Source: Candidatus Limnocylindria bacterium (lineage in GTDB: Bacteria > Chloroflexota > Limnocylindria > P2-11E). From it: a stretch of 64,000 nt of DNA. The position numbers and the translations under genes were made by a program. The stretch spans positions 21,325-85,324 of the forward strand of contig DASYUC010000081.1 in the NCBI GenBank assembly GCA_036001645.1, in the 5' to 3' direction. The notes below the pieces were generated by a model. The model saw nothing but the letters and a program-made list of their open reading frames with translations. It was not told the origin of the DNA and did not search any database. This document shows, piece by piece, positions 27,176 to 35,151 of the stretch (positions are counted from its first letter, which is position 1; every line of letters begins with the position of its first letter).

Positions 27176-28134
27176 GCAAAGTCGTCGGTCTTCTGGTCGG
27201 GCGCGAGAACACCTTCCCCGGACCGTTCATCGAGACGGTGAACCGAAAAGGCGCCGCGCAGGGCATCACCGCGGAGCTTGCCGTGCTCGGCGGGACGCGC
27301 GAGCTCGAGCTGCCGCGGTACCGCGTCATCGTCGATCGCATCAGCCACGAGGTGCCGTACTACCGTGCGCACCTCAAGAGCGCGGCGCTCATGGGCACGG
27401 TCGTGGTGAACGATCCCTTCTGGTGGGAGGCCGACGAGAAGTTCTTCGAGTGCACGCTCGCGCGGATGCTCGGCGTCGCCGTGCCGAAGACCGTCGTGCT
27501 GCCGAACAAGTCGTATATCTCGGACATCAGCGACCAGTCGCTGCGGAACCTCAAGTACCCGCTCGATTGGGACGACATCCTGTCGTACGTCGGCCTGCCG
27601 GCCATCCTCAAGCCGAACACCGGTGGCGGATGGAAGGACGTGTATCGCGTGGACTCCAAGCAGGATCTGCTTTGGGCGTACGACCAATCGGGCGGCCTCA
27701 GCCCAGGGCATCGGCCGAAGACGATGATCTTGCAGGAGTTCATCAAGTGGGACGATTACGTCCGCTGCATCTGCATCGGCCGCACGAACATCCTTCCGAT
27801 CCGCTACGACCCCACGGCGCCGTTCGCCGACCGGTATGTCGTGAGCCGTCCGGTCGAGGGTGAGCTGCGCGACCGCGCCGTCCACGACGCTCGCGCCCTC
27901 GTCGACGCGCTCGGTTACGACATGGACACCGTCGAGTTCGCGGTCCGCGACGGCACGCTCTACGCGATCGACTTCCTCAACCCCGCGCCCGATTTCGATT
28001 CGTTCTCCATCAAGGAGGACAACTTCAACTGGGTGCTGGAGAAGATGAGCGACCTCGTCATCGCGTACGCGACCGGCGCGGCGCAGCCGCCGTGGCGTGG
28101 CGAGCACCGCTGGTGGCGGCACGTGCGCACATGA
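27172..28134 (+). CDS. ATP-grasp domain protein (RimK/glutathione-synthetase-like ligase)
   Basis: GTGA overlap with the upstream gene. Layout and motifs 'PKTVVLPNK', 'PAILKPNTGGGWKDVYRV', 'ILQEFI' and 'TVEFAVRDGTLYAIDFLNP' match the ATP-grasp fold. Family assignment is by pattern only. Confidence 0.7.
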   Translation: MSKVVGLLVGRENTFPGPFIETVNRKGAAQGITAELAVLGGTRELELPRYRVIVDRISHEVPYYRAHLKSAALMGTVVVNDPFWWEADEKFFECTLARMLGVAVPKTVVLPNKSYISDISDQSLRNLKYPLDWDDILSYVGLPAILKPNTGGGWKDVYRVDSKQDLLWAYDQSGGLSPGHRPKTMILQEFIKWDDYVRCICIGRTNILPIRYDPTAPFADRYVVSRPVEGELRDRAVHDARALVDALGYDMDTVEFAVRDGTLYAIDFLNPAPDFDSFSIKEDNFNWVLEKMSDLVIAYATGAAQPPWRGEHRWWRHVRT

Positions 28135-29465
28135 CCACGGAGCCGGCGTTCGTCGTCGCGTACAACGCGCTCCTTTCGGACGCGGCGATGGCGGCGGCCT
28201 GTGCCGAAACGCTCGCGGAGGGGCAGCGCACCGCGCGCGCCGTGTTCGGAGATCGCCCGCTCTGCGTCTCCCTGCGGCCGAACTTCGTGACGAAACGTCA
28301 GCACGCCGCGAACGTCAGCGCGTCCGAAGCTCTGTACGGTGCGCTCGCGCGTCTCGAGCGCGCGCTGCTGCGCGAGGAGGAGCTGCGCCGCGAGCTCGAC
28401 CTGTCGCCCGAGGAGGACCGTCTCGCGCTCGCAAACCCGGGCTTCGCCGCGGCATCGCCGTCGTCGCGTCTGGATGGCTTCGTCTCGGACGGGGTCATCC
28501 GCTACGTCGAATACAACGCCGAGTCTCCGGCCGGCATGGCGTACAACGACGTCCTCGTGAAGATCTTCGACCGCCTCCCGGCGATGCGCTCGTTCCGGAA
28601 GCGCTTTCGCGCGCGGCCGCTCCGCGCGGCGAGCAAGCAGCTCACCGTGATGCGGCGCGCTCATGGCCGGAAGGTAGGCACCATCGCGATCGTGGACTGG
28701 CGCGGTCTGCCCACGCTCACCGAGTTCGAGATGTTCCAGCGCGCGTTCACCGAGCTCGGCGTGAAGACCGTGATCTGCGCTCCGGACGACCTGACGTATC
28801 GCGCCGGCAGACTCCGCGCGAAGGGGACGCCGATCGATCTCGTCTACCGGCGCGTGCTGCTCTCCGAGCTTCTCGCGAAGCCCGAGATCGCGCAGCCGCT
28901 GCTCCGGGCGTATCTCGCCGGCGACGTCACCGTGGTGAACAGCTTCCGCGCGAAGCTGCTGCACAAGAAGATGAGCCTCGCGCTGCTCTCCGACGACCGA
29001 TACGCGCGCCTCTACACGCCCGCGCAGCGGCGCGCGATCGCGAAACACGTGCCCTGGACGCGCAAGGTGCGCGAGGGCCACACGACCTACGGGGAGAAGG
29101 TGATCGATCTCGCCGAGTTCATCGTCCGCAACCGCGAGCGCCTCGTGCTCAAGCCGAACGACGAGTACGGCGGGAAGGGCGTCGTGCTCGGCTGGACCGT
29201 CGATCGCCACGAGTGGGAGCAGGCGCTGCTGGCCGCGCTCACGACGTCGTTCGTCGTGCAGGAGAAGGTCGCGGTCCCGCGTGAGCCGTTCCCGGTGCTG
29301 CTCGACCGCGTGCATTTCCTCGATCTCAGCGTCGACTGCGATCCGTATCTGTTCTGGGGCCGCGTCGGCGGCGTGCTCACGCGTCTTTCGTCCAGCGCGC
29401 TGCTCAACGTGACGGCGGGCGCGGGCAGCGTCGTGCCCACGTACGTGCTGGACGGCGCGGCATGA
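28131..29465 (+). CDS. Circularly permuted ATP-grasp type 2-like ligase
   Basis: ATGA overlap with the upstream gene. 'RLDGFVSDGVIRYVEYNAESPAG', 'IDLVYRRV', 'LVLKPNDEYGGKGVVLG', 'FVVQEKV' and 'GVLTRLSSSALLNVTAGAGSVVPTYV' are in the order expected for the permuted ATP-grasp (glutathionylspermidine-synthase-like) families. Confidence 0.65.
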   Translation: MTTEPAFVVAYNALLSDAAMAAACAETLAEGQRTARAVFGDRPLCVSLRPNFVTKRQHAANVSASEALYGALARLERALLREEELRRELDLSPEEDRLALANPGFAAASPSSRLDGFVSDGVIRYVEYNAESPAGMAYNDVLVKIFDRLPAMRSFRKRFRARPLRAASKQLTVMRRAHGRKVGTIAIVDWRGLPTLTEFEMFQRAFTELGVKTVICAPDDLTYRAGRLRAKGTPIDLVYRRVLLSELLAKPEIAQPLLRAYLAGDVTVVNSFRAKLLHKKMSLALLSDDRYARLYTPAQRRAIAKHVPWTRKVREGHTTYGEKVIDLAEFIVRNRERLVLKPNDEYGGKGVVLGWTVDRHEWEQALLAALTTSFVVQEKVAVPREPFPVLLDRVHFLDLSVDCDPYLFWGRVGGVLTRLSSSALLNVTAGAGSVVPTYVLDGAA

Positions 29466-29980
29466 CCGACGTGGCCCTGCTGCCCGGGGAGCGCGTGCTC
29501 TGGGAGGGTCGGCCCGACCTCCTCCGCTTTGTGTTCAATCCGATGTACGTTTTCTTCTTCGTGTTCTTCGCCGTGTGGCTGCTGGGGTTTTCGTCCGTCA
29601 TCGGATCACGGAGCCCTAACGCGCCGTCGCCGCTGTTCTTCCTGTTTCCGGCTTTGTTCTTCGGCGTCTTCTTCTTTGGCCCGATGCTCATTTCGGGGTG
29701 GCTGGAAGGATCGCGTACGACGTACGTGTTGACCGACCGGCGTGTCCTCATCCGCGGCTTCCGCCGGCGCGCCGAGATCGATCTCGCCAGCCTGCAGCTC
29801 GTCGAGCTTCAGAGGTCCCTTTTCGGGACGACGTCGATCTACTTTGCGCCACGTTCGCCGTACGCATCCTGGGGATTCGGATTCACCGGAAGCTGGACGC
29901 CGGCATTTCGCGCGATCGCCGATGGCGATCGGGTGTACGACCTCATCAGCCGCGCTCGCGCTGAGGCGCGTTCCCGATGA
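29462..29980 (+). CDS. Membrane protein with bacterial PH (bPH_2/DUF304, YdbS/YdbT-like) domain
   Basis: ATGA overlap with the upstream gene. 'LLPGERVLWEGRP' is followed by two Phe-rich TM helices and then 'YVLTDRRVLIR...SIYF', a PH-like domain. Confidence 0.6.
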   Translation: MTDVALLPGERVLWEGRPDLLRFVFNPMYVFFFVFFAVWLLGFSSVIGSRSPNAPSPLFFLFPALFFGVFFFGPMLISGWLEGSRTTYVLTDRRVLIRGFRRRAEIDLASLQLVELQRSLFGTTSIYFAPRSPYASWGFGFTGSWTPAFRAIADGDRVYDLISRARAEARSR

Positions 29981-31101
29981 AGGTCCGCGACGTCCCGCGT
30001 CTCACCATCGGCATCGAAGAAGAGTTCCAGATCGTCGACGCGCAGGGACAGCTGAAGAGCCACATCGAGACGCTCCTCGCGGCGGCCGGTGGCCGCTTCG
30101 GCGACCAGCTGAAGCGCGAGATGATGCAATCGGTCGTCGAGGCCGGCACGAAGATCTGCGCCGACGTGAGCGAGGCCCGCGACGAGATCGTGACGCTGCG
30201 GGGCTCGATCGCCGCGCTGCTGAAGCCGGCGGGTCTGCGCATCGCGTCGGCCGGCACGCACCCGTTCTCGCACTGGCAGGACCAGGAGGTCACCGAGCAC
30301 GAGCGCTACAAGATTCTCGAGGAGGAGCTTCAGGACGTCATCCGCGAGCTGCTCATCTTCGGCCTGCATGTGCACATCGGCATCCCCGACCCCGAGCTGC
30401 GTATCGAGGTGATGAACGAAGCGCGCTACTTCCTGCCGCACCTGCTCGCGATCTCGACCTCGAGCCCCTTCTGGCTCACGCGCATCACCGGTCTCAAGTC
30501 GTACCGGCAGATCATCTGGCAGCGCTTCCCGCGGACCGGGATACCGCCGGAGTTCACCTCATACGACGAGTACGAGAACTTCGTCGAGCTCCTGGTGAAG
30601 ACGAAGTGCATCGACGACGGCAAGAAGATCTGGTGGGATCTGCGCCCGCACGCCGTCTTTCCGACCATCGAATTCCGCGTGTGCGATGCGGCCACGCGGG
30701 TCGAGGAGACGCTGTGCATCGCCGCACTCACGCAGGCCATCTGCGCGAAGCTGCTCGTGCTGCGCGCCCGGAACCAGGGCTTCCGCCGTTACACGCCGAG
30801 CCTCATCCAGGAAAATAAGTGGCGGGCCGTCCGCGGGGGCATGGACGCGAAGCTCATCGACTTCGGCAAGCAGATCGAAGTGCCGATGCGCGACCTCGCG
30901 GTGGAGCTACTCGAGTTCGTCGACGACGTTGTGGACGCGCTCGGCTCGCGACGAGAGGTCGAGTATCTCCAGACGATCGTGCGTGACGGGACCAGCGCGG
31001 ACCGGCAGCTTCGGGCGTTCGCCGCCTCCGGCCACCTGCACGAGGTGGTCGATCACATCGCCGAGGAAACGGTCGCGGGCGTGCCCGCGCTCGCGCTGTG
31101 A
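29977..31101 (+). CDS. Carboxylate-amine ligase, glutamate-cysteine ligase family 2 (YbdK/GCS2)
   Basis: ATGA overlap with the upstream gene. 'TIGIEEEFQIVD', 'LHVHIGI', 'SSPFW' and 'IWWDLRPH...PTIEFRVCD' are GCS2 signatures. Confidence 0.85.
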   Translation: MKVRDVPRLTIGIEEEFQIVDAQGQLKSHIETLLAAAGGRFGDQLKREMMQSVVEAGTKICADVSEARDEIVTLRGSIAALLKPAGLRIASAGTHPFSHWQDQEVTEHERYKILEEELQDVIRELLIFGLHVHIGIPDPELRIEVMNEARYFLPHLLAISTSSPFWLTRITGLKSYRQIIWQRFPRTGIPPEFTSYDEYENFVELLVKTKCIDDGKKIWWDLRPHAVFPTIEFRVCDAATRVEETLCIAALTQAICAKLLVLRARNQGFRRYTPSLIQENKWRAVRGGMDAKLIDFGKQIEVPMRDLAVELLEFVDDVVDALGSRREVEYLQTIVRDGTSADRQLRAFAASGHLHEVVDHIAEETVAGVPALAL

Positions 31102-31934
31102 CGAAGACCGTCACGCAGGCCGTCGAGGAGCTCGTCCGGGCGACAGTGCAGCTTTCGGACGAGGACATGGGGCGCGAGTGGAAGTGGCGTGAGTACGACG
31201 AAGAGGGTCTGCGCTTCGCGCTGCTCATGACGCATCACGAGCTGCGCGACCTCGCCGTGCAGGTCGCCGCGCGCCGCCAGAGCGCGCTGTCGCAGGCTGA
31301 GCGCGTCCTCGCGCAGTACCACCAGACGTACCGCGATCTCACCGGTGTCCTCGCGGGAGTCCGGACCGAAGACCTCGACCGCGCGCCGGCGGAGGGGGAG
31401 TGGCCGCTGCGTGAGACGCTCGACCACGTGATGGGAGCGGAATACGGCTTCCTCGGGGTGAGCCGTGGCGCGCTCGAACGACACCGTGCCGGCAACGCGA
31501 CCGAGCCGTCGGAGGACGAGTTCAAGGCGTACCGCAAGCCATACGCGACGCCGAAGGACGCCGTGGCTGGATCGATCGAGTCGATTCGCAACGCGTTCTT
31601 CGAGATCCACCGGCGCGTCCTACGCGAGCTCGCCGACGTGACTGACGCCGAGCTCGAGAAGCCCGCCTGGTTCTGGGATGGTCCGATGCCGATCCGCTTC
31701 CGACTGCATCGCTTCGAGGAGCACCTTCGCCAGCACATCATCCAGCTCGACAAGACGCTCGCCGCCATCCGGCCGCCGACGGAGGCGCACCGGCTGCTGC
31801 GCAACATCTACAACGCGCTGGCCGACGTGGAGACCGCGACCGAGCCCGCCGAGGATCTCCGTGCGAGCGTCGCGAACGTCATCTCTCAGCGTGCCGCGGC
31901 GATCGTCAACATGGTTTCAGTGCGGCGTGACTAG
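31098..31934 (+). CDS. DinB-family (DinB_2 / mycothiol-maleylpyruvate-isomerase N-terminal-like) four-helix-bundle protein
   Basis: GTGA overlap with the upstream gene. Helical segments carry a spaced His/Asp pattern ('THHELRD', 'LDHVMGAE', 'HRFEEHLRQH'). Confidence 0.65.
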   Translation: MTKTVTQAVEELVRATVQLSDEDMGREWKWREYDEEGLRFALLMTHHELRDLAVQVAARRQSALSQAERVLAQYHQTYRDLTGVLAGVRTEDLDRAPAEGEWPLRETLDHVMGAEYGFLGVSRGALERHRAGNATEPSEDEFKAYRKPYATPKDAVAGSIESIRNAFFEIHRRVLRELADVTDAELEKPAWFWDGPMPIRFRLHRFEEHLRQHIIQLDKTLAAIRPPTEAHRLLRNIYNALADVETATEPAEDLRASVANVISQRAAAIVNMVSVRRD

Positions 31935-31966
31935 CGTTCCGAGGACCGGTCAGCGTGAGGACATAG

Positions 31967-32194
31967 ATGACGCGCCGATTTGTGTCCGCTGCAAAGCGCC
32001 CTGTTCGAAGGAATCGTGAGTATTACGCGGTCTTCGAGCGGATGCATTGGGCATGCTTCCACTACGAATTCGAACACCGCTCAGGCAAAGGCGACCCTGA
32101 TGAAGCCTGTGGCGACCCGTCGTGTCCGGCACGGGCATTCGATCCGAGACCACCCCCGGACTGGTTCGAGGAGCGGCGGCAGAGCGGGCGGTAA
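31967..32194 (+). CDS. Hypothetical Cys/His-containing small protein (75 aa)
   Basis: An ORF in a locally lower-GC gap with no recognisable family. Coding status is uncertain. Confidence 0.2.
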   Translation: MTRRFVSAAKRPVRRNREYYAVFERMHWACFHYEFEHRSGKGDPDEACGDPSCPARAFDPRPPPDWFEERRQSGR

Positions 32195-32209
32195 TTCCGT
32201 GTGCGTGAC

Positions 32210-32527
32210 TCAGTCGAGCTGGAGGGCGAACGTCAGGGCGTCGTGAAGCTCCGTGAGCTTGACCTGGGACAGACGGCCGACTCGACGGATCAGGCGCGCC
32301 TTCGCGATCGTCGTGAGGTCGTCGCAGTTAGCAACGCACGCTATGGGCAGGCCATCGCGTTCGTCGAGTTCGACCTCGGACGCCAGCCCGCGAGCAGTTC
32401 GTGTGATCGCCGCGACGGTTGTCTGCGTGCGCGCGCCTCGCGAGTCGTCGCGAGATACGACCAGCACGGGGCGCCTCTTGTCGGCGGCAGCCCACCAGAT
32501 CTCGCCGTGCTCGGTTCCCCTAGGCAT
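32210..32527 (-). CDS. Type II toxin, PemK/MazF family endoribonuclease
   Basis: 'GEIWWAA...RRPVLVVSRD' and 'VAAITRT...EVELDERDGLPIACVANCDDLTTI' are typical MazF/PemK. ATG 32527 overlaps the antitoxin stop by 8 nt. Confidence 0.8.
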   Translation of the reverse strand: MPRGTEHGEIWWAAADKRRPVLVVSRDDSRGARTQTTVAAITRTARGLASEVELDERDGLPIACVANCDDLTTIAKARLIRRVGRLSQVKLTELHDALTFALQLD

Positions 32528-32795
32528 CGCCCGGCGCCTCCGGCCATTCCTCATCTGACGCGGCGTCCTCGATCCCGATCTTCTCCATCGCGAGGAAGTC
32601 GGGGTCGTCGCCGTCCGGGATCCGTCGGTATCCGTCGAAGTACGCGTCGATCTTCTCTTGCATCGTCTTCCGCTTTAGGTAATCGGCTGCAGCTTCCTGT
32701 ATCCAGGTGCTGCGGTCCTTTTTCGACCGCTTGCGCGCCCGCTCGATCTGGCGAAAGAGGTCGTCGGGGAGGCTTATGGCCGTCTTCTTGGTCAC
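32520..32795 (-). CDS. Ribbon-helix-helix (CopG/MazE-like) antitoxin
   Basis: GTG 32795 is preceded by GGAGGA. 'KKTAISLPDDLFRQIERARKR...RSTWIQEAAADYLKR' is an RHH motif, and the C-terminus is acidic. Confidence 0.7.
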   Translation of the reverse strand: MTKKTAISLPDDLFRQIERARKRSKKDRSTWIQEAAADYLKRKTMQEKIDAYFDGYRRIPDGDDPDFLAMEKIGIEDAASDEEWPEAPGDA

Positions 32796-32904
32796 TTTCC
32801 TCCAGTATGACCAGTGGTCGTACCGTGTCAATCTCACGTCGCGTAACGGCCGGGCCGCCGAGACCTCGGGTAGCATCCGGAGCGAGGAACGGAGGTCCAA
32901 GAAA

Positions 32905-33675
32905 ATGAACGGAAGGCATGTGCTCGCGCTGCTCGCAAGCGCTGCGATCGTGACCGTTGGATGCGGGGCTGCAGCGCCGGCCGGCGCAAGCCCGGCCGCC
33001 GCGAATACGGCGAAGGCCGAAGGCGCGAAGACCGACGTTCTTGGAGACGGCAAGATCACCGCGCTGCCGGCGGGCACGCTCTACGTGCAGTATCTCGATG
33101 TCCCTCAAGCGGCTGGAGCTCCGATCACCCACGCGCACATCGCCGGATTCGTCTACACCCACACCGGTGCCCACCGGCTGGCGATCGAGGGCGGTGAGAC
33201 GAAGGACGTGAAGGCCGGCGAGGCCGCATTCGTCCCGGCCAATGTCGGTCACACGCACAGCAATCCGGGGACATCTACGAGTGGCTGGTACTTCATCAGT
33301 ATCCGCCCGAACACGGCGCGCACGGCTTCGCCCACGTTCCCCGGACAGAAGGAGGCTTTCGCGACGTCGGATCTGGCCGCGCTCCCTGCGGGCGCCTACT
33401 CATTGGGTCTGCGCTACGTCACGGTCCAGCCGAATGGCCGGACCGCTGCGCACAAGCACGGTGGGATGGAGACCATCTTGGTGCTCGAGGGCACCGTCGA
33501 GGTTCGCGTGCAGGGTGCAGCGATGAAGACACTCCAGAAGGGCGATGGGACGTCCATCGATGCGGACACCCCGCTACAGGTCTGGAACAAGGGCACGGCG
33601 CCCGCGAAGTTCCTCGCGTTCTTCGTCACGGCGGATGGAAAGGCCTTCTCGACGGACGTGGACGCGAGCCCTTAG
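32905..33675 (+). CDS. Secreted bicupin lipoprotein
   Basis: GGAGG lies 9 nt upstream. Lipobox 'IVTVGC' is present. The second cupin has 'HKHGGMETILVLEG'. ORF-track start 32707 was rejected because it overlaps the antitoxin gene region. Confidence 0.65.
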   Translation: MNGRHVLALLASAAIVTVGCGAAAPAGASPAAANTAKAEGAKTDVLGDGKITALPAGTLYVQYLDVPQAAGAPITHAHIAGFVYTHTGAHRLAIEGGETKDVKAGEAAFVPANVGHTHSNPGTSTSGWYFISIRPNTARTASPTFPGQKEAFATSDLAALPAGAYSLGLRYVTVQPNGRTAAHKHGGMETILVLEGTVEVRVQGAAMKTLQKGDGTSIDADTPLQVWNKGTAPAKFLAFFVTADGKAFSTDVDASP

Positions 33676-33711
33676 CCGGCACCTGACGCTCACGCGAGGT
33701 GTTCGCGGCGG

Positions 33712-35151
33712 CTAGGGTCCGTCGCCCCGCCCGAGCTCGAGCGTGACCGCGGTCACGACATCGCCCGCTTTCTGCAGCCGAGGCGTTTCGATGAGCGCGA
33801 TCGTGTCGCGCGGCGTGTGCAGGATGATGTCGCTCCAGAGGATGATCGCGGACGGCACGCCGCGCTTCGCGAACGTCGTCTGGTCGCTGCCGCCGCCGCG
33901 GATCGACTGGAACGGGATGCCGAGGCGCGCCGCCGCCGCGCGGATCCGGTCTACCAGGGTCGCGCTCTCGTCCGACGCCTCGAGCGTGTTGCCGCAACAG
34001 CCGATGACGTCAAGGTTGAGATACGCGACGAGGCTCTCCACCCGGCCGGGCGACACCGCCATGCGTCCGGCGTAGGCCTCCGAGCCGAGCAGCCCCTCCT
34101 CCTCGCCGGCCCAGGCGACGAACACGATCGACCGCTTGAGCTCCGCGCGCTTTGTGACGAGCGCTCGCGCGACCTCGATCGTGACCGCTGGGCCCGAGGC
34201 GTTGTCGTTCGCGGCGCTGAAGACGGTGCCGTCGGGATCCGTGCCGACACCGTCGAGGTGGCCACCGACGAGGACCGCGCGCTTCGACAGCTCCAGATCG
34301 CTCCCACGCAGCAGGCCGATCACGTTCACGCCCTCGACCTCGTGGACCGGGGTGAGTGGCAGCGCCATGCGTACGGTCACGTCCGTCTCGAACGCCGGTG
34401 ACGGCGCCGCGGGGTTCGACCGCCGCGCGCGGACCGCGCTCTGCACCTGCGCGACGGTCTTCGCCGCTGGCGCGAGGAGCTCGTTCGCCACGCTCTCGGT
34501 GATCACGAGCACCGGGATCGTGTCCGCGAAGAACCGCGGGATGAATGAGTAGCGGATCGAGGCGTCTCCGATGACGAGGACGCCGACCGCTCCTTCGGCG
34601 AAGGACGCCTCGACCGCGCTCCCCGCGATCGGACCGGTCACGAGCGCGATGCGACCGCGCGCCGTCACGCCGGCGAAGTCATCCTGCCCGTTGCCCTTCG
34701 CCGCACCGCCGACCACGACGACCGGCGCCTCGGCCGATCCATTACCCGATCGGCCACCCACGCTCTCCGTGAAGTCGACCCGGTGTTTCCACGACTTCGC
34801 GTCCGCACCGGTGCGCGTGAGCGTTGGTGTCGCGGTGAGATCCACGATCGGCATCGGGAACCGCTGGAAATACGAGCCCCCGAGCGGCTCGAGGCCGACC
34901 GCCTTGAACTGATCGGCGACGTACTGCGCCGCGTCGAGATAGCCCGGCGACCCGCTGTACCGGCCGCCGCGTGCGGGGTCCGCGAGATAGGCGATGTGCT
35001 CTCGTGCTTTCGGCCCGTCAAAGACGGCCGTGCCCGCAACGGCCACCGCGGTCGGCGACGGGCTGCGCGATGCGCTCGGCGTCGGTGACGCGATGACCGC
35101 CGTCGGACCGCACGACGCGACGAGCAGCGCGGTCAGGAGGAGGCGCCTCAT
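33712..35151 (-). CDS. M28 family metallo-aminopeptidase lipoprotein with PA domain
   Basis: Lipobox 'LLVASC' is present. M28 ligand contexts are 'GGHLDGVG', 'ANDNASGPAV', 'WAGEEEGLLGSEAY', 'LNLDVIG' and 'GGSDQTTF'. ATGA overlap with the upstream fusion gene. Confidence 0.8.
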   Translation of the reverse strand: MRRLLLTALLVASCGPTAVIASPTPSASRSPSPTAVAVAGTAVFDGPKAREHIAYLADPARGGRYSGSPGYLDAAQYVADQFKAVGLEPLGGSYFQRFPMPIVDLTATPTLTRTGADAKSWKHRVDFTESVGGRSGNGSAEAPVVVVGGAAKGNGQDDFAGVTARGRIALVTGPIAGSAVEASFAEGAVGVLVIGDASIRYSFIPRFFADTIPVLVITESVANELLAPAAKTVAQVQSAVRARRSNPAAPSPAFETDVTVRMALPLTPVHEVEGVNVIGLLRGSDLELSKRAVLVGGHLDGVGTDPDGTVFSAANDNASGPAVTIEVARALVTKRAELKRSIVFVAWAGEEEGLLGSEAYAGRMAVSPGRVESLVAYLNLDVIGCCGNTLEASDESATLVDRIRAAAARLGIPFQSIRGGGSDQTTFAKRGVPSAIILWSDIILHTPRDTIALIETPRLQKAGDVVTAVTLELGRGDGP

